In this document: positions 12,501 through 27,500 of the stretch, one piece after another | Numbering within the stretch: position 1 is the first letter of the stretch | Layout: each line of letters begins with the position of its first letter | Assembly (NCBI RefSeq): GCF_033153115.1 | Contig: NW_026889786.1 | Location: 3,658,001 to 3,722,000 of the forward strand | Reading direction: 5' to 3' | Source: Saccostrea echinata | Taxonomy: Eukaryota | DNA length: 64,000 nt | Position numbers and translations under genes: made by a program | Notes under the pieces: model-generated | Seen by the model: the letters and a program-made list of their open reading frames with translations, nothing else | Databases searched by the model: none | What the model was told of the DNA's origin: nothing

Positions 12501-15500
12501 TGGGGTTCATGATTTGAACAATTTAGAATTTACACTATATCAGGAAGGTTTCACATATGTTTCATCTTTTTTGGTACAATGGCTCTTGAAAAGAACATTT
12601 TGCTTCTACATTTCAATGTAAAAAATTCATCCCCTATTGTGGTCCCATCTTATCCACAGGGTGCATGATTTGAACACTTCCACATAAGTTTCACCTTTTC
12701 TGACCCAGTGCTACTTGGGAAGATTTTTGAATGACCCCACATTTTTTTTTTTTTTTTGCTTTTTCTTGATTATCTCCCCTTGGAATGAAGTTTATTTAGA
12801 ATCCCCTTTAACAAAGGATGCTTTGTGCAAACTTTGGTTACAATTTGCCCAGTAGAAGAGTCCAAATTATGAAAAGTTTACAGACAGACGTATTGATGTC
12901 AGACAACAGGTGATCTCATGAGCTTTAAGCTCAGGTGACCTAAAAGGTCAACATAACAGAATCGCTACAGCAGAAAAGTAAGTAGACAAATTTTACTATG
13001 CAGGTGCTCCCCCTTCTTTAAATAATCTGAAGTTCAAGAAATAATGTATTGCACACAATTCTTTGATTTTTCCATAAATCTAAATAGAAATGCTTATTTC
13101 CACCCTTTTGACTGCTGTTCTAAGTTGTATTATTATTTGATTTAATGAAAAAACTGGGATGAAATCCTCATTTTGTTGTGGTTCATTGGCTTCATCATCA
13201 TTAATTGTCTGCAAGCTAAACTTGGATCATCCATTATTTCTAACTAGATGGTTTTATTACCAATGATTTATTTCTTCTCAGCAGTTTGGGTTGACATTAA
13301 AACATAGGCATGATAATGTTAAAACACATCAATTAATAAAATATATATGATTATCATTTTCAGACAATATATCCTAGGTTTATTAAATCAACATAAATTC
13401 CTCTTACCTGTAAGTGCAGAGATAGTAAACAGTCAGACAACTGTATATTTATGTATGTGCTTCACTATTTTTTAATTTTTTTTTTGCTAGAGCTTTTATC
13501 AAGGAAGTAACGCTTTTTGAGACTATAGAATAGACACTGTGATATCTGTATACAATACTGTAGATTCCTAAATATATGCGAGGAATTAATTATTGCATAA
13601 TTTTGCGAGAAGCACCACACACGAAATAAAATTATTTGCTTTTATTTTTATGGTGCTAAAATCCATGTAAAATCTGTTGATCAACCATTCACTCGCGAAT
13701 TAATGTTCTCGCAATTTGACGTCCAAGAGCCATTTCGCGATAATAAGTAATCGCGCAAAATAAGGAATCTACAGTTTACTGTACTAAGTTAATATTGAAA
13801 ACTTAGACATACTCTTGGTTATGCTCTTAAGTACATTCCATAAGGACACTTTCCACAATAACCCAGATTGAAATTCTTTCTTTACAAAATATTTGATATG
13901 TACTCATTATTGATGGACAGTGATGATTAAAGAAGATTCTATAAAAATTCAATATCTTAACCCATAACATGATAGACGGACAAAAAAGTTCCCCTATAGT
14001 GATAATTGATCTTTTACATGTCCAAAGCATTAAATAATCTGAACATTGCCAACAGCAAACAAAGCAGCCATAAGCTGTATTGACAGCACAAAAAATATGT
14101 TCACTCGACAATGTGAAAAATCTGCTGTTTTTGACACTTAAGGACAAGTCTAGTGAGGGTTCATACTGTCACATGTTCTTAGACCACTATTGATGATATT
14201 CACACATTGATGTTCCTGTATATATTATTATATACACCAGTTTTGAAATTCTACAATTGATCCAATCTCTGCTTTTCTATATTTTAACCATCATTCTCAA
14301 TAGTTCATTTTCTTAACCTCTGATATTTAGGTAAATAGCTGATACCTTTTTTTTTATCATGATTAATTGCCGGGTATTGATTTGTGCTAGATCGATTGAC
14401 ATGAATTTACACAGGATATATCTTTAAATGAAACTTTGTGTGTGTGGGCACAGCTAACATTGCTTTTAAACTCTTGGTTTAATTCATTGTTGGAAAATAC
14501 CAACATTCAAATTTATCACACTTTTTGCTGCCAGGAATCACAATAATTTGACTGTCACTGTTGGCATCAAATTACCTCCTATTATGTAGACATTCAAAGC
14601 TTACTGTAATGCATCAAATTATATTTCAAGATTTTTGCTGTTGAACTCAATAAAAGTCACTTGTATAGTTATGGTAAAAAAATTTACTGTGTGGCTGTAA
14701 CATAAAACATAGGAATGGCTGGCAAAAGAAAATGACACAAATGGTCTTGCAATGCTGTCACATAAAAATGAAGAAAACTGACAACAAAATTAGTGCCTTT
14801 TTAACATTTGGTTAACAAAATTTTCAAACCATACTGAGAACCCCTCCAAAGACAATTCTTTAGATAGCAAGAGGCCTCCACTCTTCAAAGCTCACCTGAG
14901 TGTTCAATAATCCTACAGGAAAATGAATGTGAAACACTTCTGACCTCCTAAATGTATCTAAATTTGCTTGCAAATAAATTTGAAAATTTTAATCTTAATT
15001 ATGTTCCCATAAGGAAGATCTTTAAAGAATTTTACTGATATTTTATTAAACACTGAATGTTTTTTCACCATTGCTCTGGCTTTAGGAGACCAAAATATAA
15101 ACAAATTTGAATCTTTACAAGGTAATAATTTAAAAGTTGTTTTTTTTTCTTTTTTAAATGGTCAGCTTATGAAAACATTTTTTCTTATCATAAATTAAAA
15201 CACACTTATAGTGAAGTATCAGGGACAAAAAATATAAAGAAACTTAATTTAAGTTATATCCAGTAAGTTTATAATGTTATGTAAAATAAAATTATGGGGA
15301 ATAAATATCACTTAGCTGTTACCATAAATTCATTATAACCATGTGTGCTGTGGACTAATATTTCTAGTGAAAAAAATTAACGTACCTTAGTATAAAAAGA
15401 ACAGTCTTGATGTTAAGTGTTTGACAAGTCATCTTAATTAATATCTTTTTCTTTTTAAGAAGTTTTGTCTTTGTACAGGAAAGCTCAGGTGAGCTAAAAA

Positions 15501-18500
15501 TGAAACTTGAAAAGAGCAGAAAATTCAAATCATTGCTTTTCCTGTCAAAACCCCCTAGATGTCATGCAAATTTTGCCTAAAATGACACTGAAATTGTTTC
15601 TACACATGAATATCCTGAACTCTGGAGTGGCAAGGGTCTCTAGAGAAAAAGATGACTGATTCATCACACAATATGCTGGCTAATGACAATTAAACTAAAG
15701 CCTGCACAGTACCTTGCTCAAAATAGGCTGCATAAAAAAAATTTAAAGCATTCAGTATATTGTTTGAAGATTTACTTCACTTTCAATCTTTATTTTAAAT
15801 CTGCCCATTTTTTCAAAACTTTCATTAATTCTTTATAATGATGCAATGAATACTTCATCATTGCTTATTAAAAGTCATGTCAATTCTAATTTCACTTTTA
15901 ACTTCTTGCATCCCTTTTTTGGGACAAATATGTGGCTATCTATAATGCTTTTGGTGTGGGTTTGGTATGTAAAGTATTCTGTAGGGATGGCAGACTAATA
16001 CATCGTCAAACTGGCGGGACTAGGGTCGAACACAATAATTATCTAGACAAAATTCAGTTAAACACAATATAATACTATTCATTAATAACAAATTCATTAA
16101 TCAATAATCCAATCTATGTAAGGGAGTGGGACAAAATTACACACATGGACGGCAAGCTTAATTTGGACTCAACCGATTAAAAAATGAGATAATGGCTCAT
16201 TTTTACCAAATAATCATCCTTCACGATCTACAAATATCAATCTGTTACTCAGTAAAGTGCATTTTAGAGTACCATTGGAATTTCATAACCTTTGAAAACA
16301 AGGAATTGACCATTAAAATGCTTACTATGTTGGAAGAAAGTTTATGTCCAAATGTTTCATGGTGGGTGATTTAAAATTTCAAAGTTCAATATCTTAATTA
16401 TAGCAGAAATTGTGACCATTGACTGCAATTTTTAAAACAGCTTTTGATGTATTACAATCTTCTTTACCTGAACATCAACATCTAGATTAATCTGCCCACA
16501 TGGCATTTAATCACTGTGTATGCAGAATAATTTTATAGTGGAATGCTTCATCAAGGTACAATTGTAAATCAAAATATTATATAGTGTGAACAAGATGTGT
16601 TTGTGAAACACTGATGCCCCTGTATGGCAACTTATAGGGAAGGTTAAACCTTCTCAAATGCAAATCAAATATGTTGGTACCAAAAGTAAGGTCTTGTCTT
16701 GAAAAATATACCTGTGAAAAATGAAAGCCCTAGCAGCAACCATTGAAAAGATATGAAAAAGGTTAAAGTTTTTCAAAAGTGAGGCAAACATCAAAGTCAT
16801 GGTCAAATGGTCAAAATTAATGGTGCCCAAGAAAAGGCCTTCTCACAAGAAATACACATGTGAAATATGAAAGCCCTAGCACAAACCATTCAAAAGTTAT
16901 GGCCAAGGTTAAAGTTTTTCAATTGTAGGTCAACCTCCAAGGTCAAAAGGTCAAAGTTCTTGGTCTCCAAAGTTAGGTCTTGTCACAAGGATTACATATG
17001 TGAAGTATGAAAGCACTAGCACCATCTGTTCAAAAGAAATGGCCAAGGTTAATGTTGGTTAAAATTTTGCAAAACTGGGTCAAACTCCAAGGTCAAGGTC
17101 AAAAGGTCAATTATGATGGTACTCAAAGAAAGGTCTTGTTACAAGGAATACACACGTGAAATATGAAAACCATAGCTCCAACCAATCAAAAGTTATGGGC
17201 AAGGTTAAAGTTTTTGCGGACAAACAGACAGACAGACGGACGGACAGGGCAAGAACTATATGCTCCCGAATCTTCGATTACGGGGGCATAAAAAACCCCA
17301 GAGTGGCTAACCTATTGCTTTAAAACTTAGGTTTCATGAAACTTGTCAAATCTTTTCTTCATAACATACTGTAAACAAAATAAATGCCAAGTACTAAATC
17401 ACGTAAAGTTGGTCAACCTCCAAGTCAAGGACAAAAGGTCAACATTGTTGGTACCTAAGGAAAGGTCTTTTCACAAGGAATACACATGTGAAATATTAAA
17501 GCCCTGGTACAACCTGTTCAAATTTTAAGGCCAGGCTTAAAGTTTTTCAAAAGCAGGCCAAACTCCAAGGTCACTGAGTCAAAATTTTTGGTATGCAAAG
17601 GAGAGGTCTTGTCACAAGAAATATTCATGTGTAATATGAAAGCCCTACCTTCAACCATTCAAAACTTATGGCCAAAGTTAAAGTTTTTCTTTATAAGTGG
17701 GTAAAACTCCAATGTCAAAATTGTTAGTACCAAAGGAAAGATCTTAAGGAATATATGTGAAGTACAAAAGCCCTAGCACCAAACATTCAAAAGTTATTGC
17801 CAAGGTTAAATTTTGCAAATGTTGGTCAACTCCAAGGTCAAGAGGTCAAATAAGCTGGTACCCAAAGAAAGGTCTTATCACAAGAAATATACATGTGAAG
17901 TATGAAAGCCAGAGCTCCAACCAATCAAAAATTATGGCAACGTTAAATTTTTTGTGGACAAACAGACAAACATACAGACAAATAAATGGACAGAGCAAAA
18001 ACTATGCAGCATTTGCCCCTGAATCTTCAATTATAGGGACATAAAAATACCATGAAAAGTTTTATGTTGATTAAGATAATTGTATAAAAGATGTAGATAT
18101 GGTAATGTCACTGTAATTTAAAAGACAAAACAATTCATTAAAAGACACCTTGCTTTCTTTTCTAAATGTATATGATTTCTTAACATGACTTCATTAGATT
18201 ATTGCAGCATCTTACACATACATGCAAATACTTTACAGGAGCCTTGAAAATACTAGACTTCAGGTGAAAATACTGCACATTGTTCTTCAAAAAACTACAA
18301 AATTTCAATTAATTGTTTTATTACATTAACCAAGCACAGTAAGTCACACGTCAAACAATTTCTGGTGTTGTGAGAGGAATAATTAAAGGAAATTAGTGGT
18401 TTCTGGTAAACAATTCAAAAATACAGGACAATTTTTCATTTCGCATGAATTTTTGGTGTCCCGCCATATAATCCTGTGAATGGGGTAATAAATGTGATAC

Positions 18501-21500
18501 AGTTGAACTTCGGTATCTCGAAGACAGATATCTTGAATACCATGGATATGTCAAAGTGATTTGGAAGTCCCAAGCACTTAATATTTTAATTAAGTATTTT
18601 ACCCCAATATCTCGAACCCTCGGATATCTCAAAGTTTATTCTTGGTCCCATTGAGTTCAAGATAACGAGGTTTGACTGTATTTTGTGTACATGTAGCCTG
18701 AGTAATTTCACATGTAGGCTTACAATTCTTGAGCCAAATCAATGCTTATCATGGACATTGGAGACATATAAAACCATGGTTTTAAATGTCTCTGTGCACA
18801 TTAAATTAATATTTTTTGAAAGACGTAGTCTAATAGCAGCAACAGTGCATGCAATCAAATTTTTATAATGTGCAAACACGTGCAACTCAATTTGGTTAAA
18901 AAACCATTGCAGTTATGAGATTCTTTCAAAAAAATAATTCAATGCTAAAATAATGTCAATATACATTATCATAATTTCTTCAGCAGTTATATCCTTATAT
19001 CACTATATTTCTGTTTACATAGTGTGCACTTATCCTTTCTTTAATAATTTTTTTTTCATATATAAATTACATTAAAAGAAAACTATGAAAAAAAGATTAA
19101 TATAAAACTTTATGGCAGATACTTGCTCAATAAACACAAAAGAGGCATTTACTCAAGATAGAATTCTTTTAAAATTTTCTATCATTCTAGACTGTATACA
19201 AGCATCTGCCTCCTGAAATAAATTCCTTGCTGAAGACTTAATTCTGAATTTCATTGGCATATTGGTGAAACTATTTCTGCGACAGCTCTGCACAAATCTG
19301 TTTCCATGACAATTAATGTGGAAGACAAGTAATATTTTCAGGAATAGAGAATATATCCATTCATGAATACCAATGACAGCTCAGAATAGACGGTATCCTA
19401 CAGAAATTGGTTCAGATGTGATTATGGGCTTTATAATCAAAATTAATATTATATGTCCACTTGTGATCAACTCCATATGAAACATAATGTGTCCCCTGAC
19501 ATTATTGTGCTTAAGAAGAATTTTGACTGTGTCCATGTCTTAACTTTGTCAATTCAAATTAAAGCTGACCTAACTCTTCATTAGAGTGGAATACATGACT
19601 GTTACTGTTCAAAGTAACAATATAATTCAATGTATATTATTTTAAAGAAAAAGCCTCATTTCCATTTACAAACTTTAAATTTTTTTCATTTCAAAGAGAT
19701 GACTACGACCATGCTTATGTCAGCTAATCTGAGGTCATGGCCCCCATATTGAATTTCTTGGATAAAGAAAAAAAAATGCAGTGCTTTCTTTCTTTCTCAT
19801 TTACTCATTTAACAAAAGAAATTAAGACATAATATTATCTAGAGAACAAATCTTCACTTCATAGCTCCTGTACAATATAAAATTTTCCACAAGCAAGACC
19901 ATGACATTGCCTCAGCCTGCTGTGGGTCAAAGGACCCAAAAGTAGGTTGTCGCCATTTATGGTTTTTTCCTGTCATAAAAATTGGTTTCATCTGATTTGC
20001 TGGAATTTGTCATCTTGGATTTAATATCAAACATAAGAAGAATCCCGAGATATCTAATGATTACTTAGACAACCACAGACATATGACTTCTAATGAAGAT
20101 GGTGTACTAAACACAAGAGGAAATTAAAGCTGAGTACTGAGACAGACGTTTGATATAAAATCTACTGTAACACAACATTCAACATCTAAGATGAGATTAG
20201 AGTACTTAAAAATGATGTATTGTGACAAAAGTTTAAGTACTTCTACAAGACTATGAAGGCAGAAATCAAATGTCTAGAAATAATTCAAAATATCTAATAT
20301 TCACTTCTAGACTTATTTAAAGTTGGAATGTCATCAAGTTTCACATATTTTTAGAACTAATATTGGATTCACAAAAGGCATAACCAATAATTTTGAGCTA
20401 CAGAAAGTAAAACATATGAAAACAGAAGTTTAATCTTATTAAACCTCATACTTTTTAAATTATTTTATAGGATTTTTTTTTTTTATTTACAAATTTTAGA
20501 GACTAATTTTTCTTTATTATTCATTCCAAGTTGTTAAATCTAATAAAGGAAATCAAATAAAACCTATAGCTTTTCACAGTACAATGAGAATATCTGATGC
20601 ACATGGTGCCTTTGTTGCAATGACATCTTTGAGCTAAAAAATATTGTGTGCTAATTTTATAAAATTTGGTTTAGTAAATTTTTTTCTGGGTAATATACTT
20701 CACATATCCTGTACATGTTTTCTAATGTTTCATATAGCACATATAAGAATTTAGTATTAGATTGTAAACCTGTGGTATGTTTTTAAAATCTAATGCATTA
20801 ATCAGTGTTGTAATATCACCAAATTCTGTACATTTCAAATAATTATGTGTTATGTCTACTTTTGCAATACATGATTTACTACCGTATAGCGGGAATTTTT
20901 AGCAGGGTGCTAACTTTGACTTAAATTTATTTAAGCAGTTCTGAAGCAGCCTGCTATAATTAAAACTAAATTTGCACCCTTACATATAGATATGGAATAC
21001 AACAAAAATAACTTGGATCAGTCTCTTGTTACATGTAAGCAATATTTACACCCACTAAAGAAACCCACTATAAGGTATTTAAAAGATTTTATATATACTT
21101 TCAAAACATAATAAACAAGAGGCCCATGGGCCATTCTGCTCACCTGAGTCACTATGACCGTACTGTTCTTCATCAGATTTTCCCCCTTATATATTCCTAT
21201 GTAAAACTTTTATCCCCTATTGTGGCCCCACCCTACCCTGGGGAGTAATAATCTGAATAAACTTCAATCTACACAACCTGAGGATCCTCACATAACAATA
21301 TAAATAATCATGCCTTCTTAAAGAAGAAGATTTTTAAAGATTTTTTCCCCTATATATTCCTATGTGAACCGTTGATCGTCCATTGTGGTCCCAACCACCC
21401 TGGGGATCATGATTTGACAAAATTTGAAAAAAAACTTAAACATACGCTATGTAAGGAAGCTCTCATATAAGTTTCAACTCTTCTGGCCCGGTGGTTCTTG

Positions 21501-24500
21501 ACAAGAAATTTTTTTCCTATACATTCCTATTTAAAACTTTGATAATCTATTATTTAATGCCTTTGGCTCAGGTGAGCTAATTAAACTATGATTGGTATCT
21601 TTACTTTTTGAATTCTTTTATCTTTTGATAACTTTGACACTAACTTTTGGCTGCATAATTGACACTATGTTTATGGCAAACTGACCATAATTATTGTCCA
21701 CTGAACGACCAACAAAATTTAAATGAGGATTTTTGGATTTAGTTCTACACTGCTTCTATTAAATTACTACTATCTTAAGAGGAACAGTTAATTTTGGTTA
21801 TAAATATACTATTCACTAATGACACATCAATAAGACTAAGTACTTTGGATTCCTCAAAGTCTGACTACAACAGTCTATTTGATACCCCTCACACCATTTT
21901 CTACCGAGTCTCAATGAAGCATCTACGCAGCTCACCTTACAGCACAATATGAAAATCTACAAGGAAAATTTCACTCCAACTTTTGCTTGATACAGGCATA
22001 CTATTACAAAGTTTTCAAACATAATTCTTTAATATGCTAAAATTTTGATTTAAAACAAAATAGCACTTATTTCTAATATTATACTTTCATGTAAATTACT
22101 TGAATTTGATTCATCCATAAAATTTTTATCTGAATGATGAAACCACACCCTCCAGCGTGGTAGAACTTAGCAACAATCAACATTGCTTGACAACAGCTGA
22201 TATTCCCCAAAAATTATGACTGTGCGGAATCTATGCCTGCTCTCTTTACCTTTATTTGTATACAATGTTCAGTATAATATAATAAATACTGCATGTAGTT
22301 GAGGGCATCATTTGAAAATTCCACCCCTTGAAAACCATTGTCAACCTCGACTGCACCTCTATTGTCAATGGTATTCTTCGAGTGAAAATATTTACTGATA
22401 TTCCTTTAAAAATTGCTTCAATAGAGACCTATACTTAACCAGAAGGCTTTGATGAAACTGAAGCTCTACTTTTGTGTACTTGGTGTAATTTAGTATAGTG
22501 TACTTGTGTACCAAGTCTTATTGAAATTGGACCAAAACTGTAGAAGGAGTAGCATTTTGAACAAGATGTGTTTGTGAAACACTGATGCCCCTGTATGGCA
22601 GCTTATACGGTTTAAGGTTTTTATCACGTCTCAAAATTTTTTGATATAACAAAGTTTACATGCTATTAAAATCATATATTTAAAAATCTTTGCTAGAAAA
22701 TTAATATTTCTGATGTTTCAGCGATTCAAAGTTTGAATTTCTCAATATGCATATTTTGATCACCAATGTTACGTGCCATTGCTCTGACGTCATAGGTGTC
22801 AATCCTGGTCAAGCGAAGTACTTATCATGTATACAAAAAGGTTCATTTGTAGTGTCTATTAAACCTGTTAGAAAATAATTAAGAGATAATTGGATAACTG
22901 ACAGCTAGTAAGGTATAATTTAAAGCTTTAGGATGCACAAATGTGCACAGGAAAGATTTTAGGAAGAAATTTTTTTCCACATTTTCTGGACTTGATCGAG
23001 AGATGAAAGGGGGACCTTTTTCTGCAAATGCAATGAAGTTTATCTCCATTCAGAACAATCGTTTATGCCCGATAGATCACAAATTTTTTCTGTCCTATTT
23101 TTAGGAAAGATACAATTTAAAAAAATAATAAATGACAAACAGACATTTTTTAAAAGTTGCACAGAATCTAGTAGGAATGTTGTGAACTTCGTAATGGCGT
23201 ACGGCACCATTGAGGAAGTGTCATTTCCAGTACATGATATTCAGTGCTGGAACAGATAGAAGATATACAGGATTTATCGATATATAATTCATTAAAATAA
23301 TAATGAAGGAGAATTTAAAATTCCCATATTTATAAATGTTTACGAGGTTAAACTTTAGTAATTCGTTCTATTAAGTCGAAGTCCCGAGTTGTCAATGGCT
23401 TCATCTTCGGTGACCTCTCCAATTGTCGGCATATTTTCTGCTTATTTCTCTCTGCTAATCGTTCATACATAGAAGATTGACCGCCCATAACCAAAGGAAT
23501 ATAGCCGATGTCAAAATTTCAATCGGCCATATTGTGTATCCTATTTATTTAGCATAAAAATCTATTCAATATATTTTTTCTTACGATAAGCTTTACGAGT
23601 TCTATTGACCATTGACACCTATGAAGTTTCAGTACTACGTGACCCCTATCTAATTAGTGGAGATTTTTACTTCGAGGGCCCTATGTGAAGTGTGAAAGCC
23701 CTAGCACCAACCATTCAAAAGTTATGACCAAGGTTAAAGTTTTTCGAAAGTAGCTCAAACTCCTTGTCAAGGTCAAAGAGTCAAAGTGGTTGGTATCCAA
23801 AGGAAGGTCTTGTCACAAGGATTACATATGTGAAGTATGAAAGCCCTAGCACCAACCATTCAAAAGTTATGGCCAAAGTTAAAGTTTTTCAAAAGTATGT
23901 CAAACTCCTATGTCAAGGTCAAAGGGTCAAAATGGTTGTGTCCAAAAAAAGGTCTTCTCACAAGGATTACATACGTGAAGTATGAAAGCCCTAGCTCCAA
24001 CCATTCAAAAGTTATGGCCAAGGTTAAAGTTTTTCAAAAGTATGTCAAACTCCTAGGTCAAGGTCAAAGGGTCAAATAGGTTGATATCCAGGGGAAGGTC
24101 TTGTCACAAGGAATACACATGTGAAGTTTGAAACCCCAAGCACCAACTGTTCAAAAGTTATGGCCAAGGTTAAAGTTTTACAAAAGAAGGTCAAACTCCA
24201 AGGTCAAGGTCAAAAGTTCAAAGTTGTTGGTATCCAAAGGAAGGCCTTGTCACAAAGAATACACATGTGAAGTTTGAAACCCCAAACACCAACTGTTCAG
24301 AAGTTATGGCCAAGTTTAAAGTCTCATAAAATTTTGCAAAAGTGGATCAAACTCCAATGTCAAGGTCAAAAGGTCAAATATGATGGTACCCAAAGAAAGG
24401 TCTTGTCACAAGGAATACACATGTGAAATATGAAAGTCATAGCTCCAACCAATCAAAAGTTATGGACAAGGTTAAAGTTGACAACAGACAGACAGACAAA

Positions 24501-27500
24501 CAGACAGACAGGACAAAAACAATATACCCCTGGGATCTTTCGATCCTGGGGCATAAAAAGTGTTTATGGACAGCTAGACAGACAGATAGATGGATGAAAG
24601 ACACCTTAATATGACAAACTCTTTTGGTCTCTGACCAGTAAAAGCTAAAAAAAAGTCTGCAAGTCCAATGCATTACTGAGTGGTCAAAAAAAAAATTGAT
24701 GTTGGACTTCAGAGTGAGATATTGGACCTATTGATGAGATATTGGACCCCTATGACGTCTTTTTATGTCATCACACTGTAGGCAGGATCAGCTATCAAAT
24801 ATTGCAATAATGGAAGCCAAGATGTGTAAAAATAAAAAGTAAAAGGTATAACAAAACATTTATTGACTGTGTTCTCGGCCAACATGCGTTTTGTTGACCT
24901 CTCAAACCTAATGGCCTCAGGAAAACAGTTTGATTTTTCGGTCTGACAAAACGCATGCCCTTGAAGCCAGTCAAAAAATGTATAACATTACCCTCAATTA
25001 CATGCAGTATTTATATACTGATTACCTGCAGTAGTGATTGTCTGTGAGTGTATAGTTCTTACATCTATAGATTTGTCTATATATACTAGGAGTTACTTAT
25101 TTTGATCAGTACTTACATTAATAGATTTATCTAAATTTATCTAAAGCAGCTACCTTTTTGTGTTCAGTTCTTACAACCATAAAGTTACCTTTAGCAATGG
25201 TCCTTTGCGTTTGTACTGTACATATATTTGTACATTTATAAGCACTTTCTGTGTTTAAAAAATAAAATACCACCTCAGTAGATATATCTGTAGAAATACT
25301 TTACCCGTGGAAATAATTGTGTGGGGGAAATTTTTTGTGAATTTTGTGATTAGTAAAGTTTCACAAAATTTATTACCTGGCCAGAGATTTCACATAAGGT
25401 AACATACTAAACAACAAACCAACATATTTTCTGTAAATTCTTTAACTTCCGCAAAAATAATCCCTATGCAAACACTTTGTTCCACAGAAATTGTAGAATT
25501 TTAGCCCGTAAAAACATCCACGTTGACAGTGGTACTTTGTATGTTATAAAATACTTACATCTGTATATTTATCTGTAGCAGTGGTTACTTTCCATTTATA
25601 AAGTACTTACATGTACACTTATATTCCTGTGTTTTGTACTTCTAACACAAATGTAGATTTTTTTGTTATTTTACTAGACAGAGCCTTTATTTGACACATA
25701 TCCAGAGCTAGAAAGCCTCAATTTTGACTCACTGTATTTTCTGCATCTGCTGCCAGGCGAGCTGCATACCGGGCAATCAGACGATGTTCATCGTCCACAG
25801 GAACACACTCTACGCTAGCTGTCATCTTCCTGGGGCTAAAATCAGGAAGTTGTTCATCTTAATATAAGTATAAACTTGGAGGGTGTATATCTTTGTCTTA
25901 GCCTTCTTTTAGACTTGAATTAACTGGTATAGATCTCTATTTATAAATTAATGCTGAACAATTTATAGTAACTATTTAAAAAAAAAATTAATATTATAAC
26001 TACAGTAATTTCTCTTTTGTTAATGGGGCCCCTGAATGGAAAATTACTAGATCCACCCTAGAATATAACCTTGATCTCCTTTGTAATATTAATTATTTTA
26101 AGTTCAATTCTACCTTTTCTGAGGTTCCCCTCCATTCAGCTGTAATGAGTTGACTGCTTGATGCAACAGAGTGTCATGGAAACCATTTCTAGGTTGCTGT
26201 TGTTGTGGAGTTGGAGGTCTAGAAAAATAAGACAGCCAGATAATTTTGTATTATCAAACAGCACAAGATGTGTTTGTGCAACACTGAGGCCCAAGTGGCA
26301 GCTCATGCCCAAGGTTAAAGTTTTTCAAAAGAATGTCAAACTCCAAGGTCAAGGTCACGAGTTAAAAAATGTTGGGACCCAAAGAGAAGTCTTGTCACAA
26401 GGAATACATATGTGAAGTATGAAAGCCATAGCACCAACCATTCAAAAATTAAGACCAAGGTTAAAGTTTTTAAATGTAGGTCAAATTTCAAGACCAAGGT
26501 CACATTATATATTGGACCCCCCCCCCCCTTTCCCCAAGTCTTGTCACAAGGACTGCACAATCCATGTGAAAAATGAAAGCCCTTGCACCAACTGTTCAGA
26601 ATTTATGGCCAAAGTTTAAGTGTTTCATAGCTAAGTCAAATTTTAAGCACAAGGTCATGAGGTCAAAAATGTTGGTAATCAAAGAAAGGTCTTGTCACAA
26701 GAAATACGCATATTAAATATGAAAGCTCTAGCACCAACCATTCAAAAGTTATTAACTGGGGTAAGTTTCAGCAGACAGAAAAACAGACAGACCAAACTAT
26801 ACACCCCTGTATCTCCAATAGGGGCATAAAAAGATATAAAACATTTCCTCTCAAAAACTTAATCTTATTGATAAAAACAGTCCACATAAAATGAGCTTAA
26901 GTGAATTATCATGACCATGCAAGTTCTTCCTGAAGAGAACTGGACATTGAGGTACATTTACCAAAACAATATGTATAAGCATATAGTCATGTTACACAAC
27001 TGTTGATACAGACATAGATTAATTATAATATGAAATGTTAATATATTATACAGTTGAACTTCGCCATCTCGAACACTAATATCTTGAAAACCATAGATAT
27101 GTCGAAGTGATTTGGAAGTCCCAACCACTTATTCGAATATGTTTTTTAACCCTCGGTATCTCAAATAATTGGATATCTCGAAGTTTTTTCTTGGTCCCAT
27201 AAAGTTTGAGATAACGAGGTTTGACTGTATATGTACATGTGCATTCACATTAACTTTGCTACATTTGAAGATATGAGACTCCAGAATTAAACATTCCCTA
27301 TTCATCCCAATCACTGCTTCTACTCCTAAATATGTGCTCCATGAAGCTACATGTGTTTCAATGAATTATAAGAAACACTATGTATCTAAAAGTAACTATA
27401 TACACTTATATTTTTTAAAGTCAAAATAACTAAAATCTTTAAAATTTGTTTCAATAAAGCAATTACTGTAAAATCCAATATTTTCGTGAGTCAAATTTTT

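Noticed and set aside
23764-24614. ORFs with recurring [17 protein letters not shown] (also 17757-18044 and 26158-26619)
   Set aside because: Translations of non-coding HINE internal repeats; no transposase, Rep or helicase motifs anywhere in the window
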